A stretch of 64,000 nucleotides of DNA from an uncultured virus (IMG/VR IMGVR_UViG_3300032320_001919) (lineage: Duplodnaviria > Heunggongvirae > Uroviricota > Caudoviricetes). Below are positions 63,210 to 64,000 of this stretch, piece by piece. A model generated the notes under the pieces. It was not told the origin of the DNA, did no database searches, and saw only the letters and a list, made by a program, of their open reading frames with translations. A program made the position numbers and the translations under genes. The first letter of the stretch is position 1, and each line of letters starts with the position of its first letter. The DNA lies in IMG/VR virus record IMGVR_UViG_3300032320_001919, one strand, 5' to 3'.

Positions 63210-64000
63210 CTACATCAAGTTATTGACGATAACGCGACGATAGTACTTGTTAGTGCTAATTACGTTAGCACGACCATTACCCTTGGTTAGACCTTCAGCG
63301 AATGGATTTGCTACCATGCCGTAACGAGTTTTAAAGCCGATCTTTGGCTGGAAACTATTCTGATCAACTGCACGCACCATCTGTAGAGGAACGTATGGGC
63401 AGTAGAACAAGCCAGCGTCAAAGGCAGAAGAACCCTTGTAGCCAACAGTTAGATAGTTACCACCTAGAGCATATGGGTCGATGTAAACACGTAGGCGACC
63501 ATTTAGAACACCAGCGAATGTCTGGCCAGTATCGTCTACCTGTAGATTGTTACCGTTAAGAGCAGGAGCGTAGTCAAGAACACCAGCCATCTGTAGAGCA
63601 GAAGCAACGTCTGAAGAACAGATAACGATGTTACCCTTACCACGACGAGTTTGCTTGGCGATCTGGTTAGCTTCACGTTCCAACTGGAACATCAAGCCCT
63701 TGAACTTTTCAACTGACCAACGACCGTTTGAGTCAGTGTCAAGATCGAACACACCAGCAGTAGTTGTATTTTCCTGAGCACCAGCTTCAGCAGTGATGTT
63801 GATAGTACGAACAACTTCACGGTTGATTTCTGCAAGAATTTCTGTTGAAAGAATATTTGCAAGCTCAGTTTCTGCGTCTAGACCATGGATTGCCTTTAGA
63901 TCCTGGGCAAGTTCCATAGTGTACTCAGCCTTTAGAGCACGAGTGTTAGCAGTTACAGTAACCTTCTCGATTGAGAAAGCCATCTGTGGGAATGCTGTGT
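63210..64000 (-). CDS. gp23: major capsid protein (5' part outside window)
   Basis: RALKAEYT.ELAQDLKAIHGLDAE.EL, FYCPYVPL, FQPKIGFKTRYG. Confidence 0.98.
   Translation of the reverse strand, partial: TAFPQMAFSIEKVTVTANTRALKAEYTMELAQDLKAIHGLDAETELANILSTEILAEINREVVRTINITAEAGAQENTTTAGVFDLDTDSNGRWSVEKFKGLMFQLEREANQIAKQTRRGKGNIVICSSDVASALQMAGVLDYAPALNGNNLQVDDTGQTFAGVLNGRLRVYIDPYALGGNYLTVGYKGSSAFDAGLFYCPYVPLQMVRAVDQNSFQPKIGFKTRYGMVANPFAEGLTKGNGRANVISTNKYYRRVIVNNLM

Noticed and set aside
1..64000. Stop-codon reassignment suggested by the large tRNA set
   Set aside because: Core genes are full length in the standard code and no CTA, TTA or TCA anticodon tRNA was found

Overview
The window is part of the genome of a large T4-like (Tevenvirinae-like) myophage. 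Core genes present are gp41 helicase, gp61 primase, thyX, class II RNR, RNase H, regA, gp62/44/45, gp46/47, gp55, uvsW, uvsY, gp3 and the 3' part of gp23. Genes run on + up to about 34.76 kb and on - beyond that. The host is probably an alphaproteobacterium, inferred from the tRNA-His type and the L,D-transpeptidase. Accessory content: (i) a block of putative head-packaged proteins with T4-type capsid-targeting N-termini, including a HAD phosphatase, a nuclease-like protein and a ligase-like/HIGH nucleotidyltransferase fusion; (ii) a heptose-nucleotide pathway with transaldolase and a glycosyltransferase; (iii) 28 tRNA genes, many structurally odd, plus a topologically rewired ACG tRNA-like RNA and other structured RNAs, invaded by GIY-YIG endonucleases; (iv) a DNA hypermodification cassette (TET/JBP dioxygenase, Ntn amidotransferase, amidoligase, GNAT, amino acid:DNA transferase, P-loop kinase, glycosyltransferase) that is the best candidate for an undescribed base-modification pathway; (v) a probable overprinted gene inside uvsW. 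All family assignments are from motif recognition by eye; no database searches were run.
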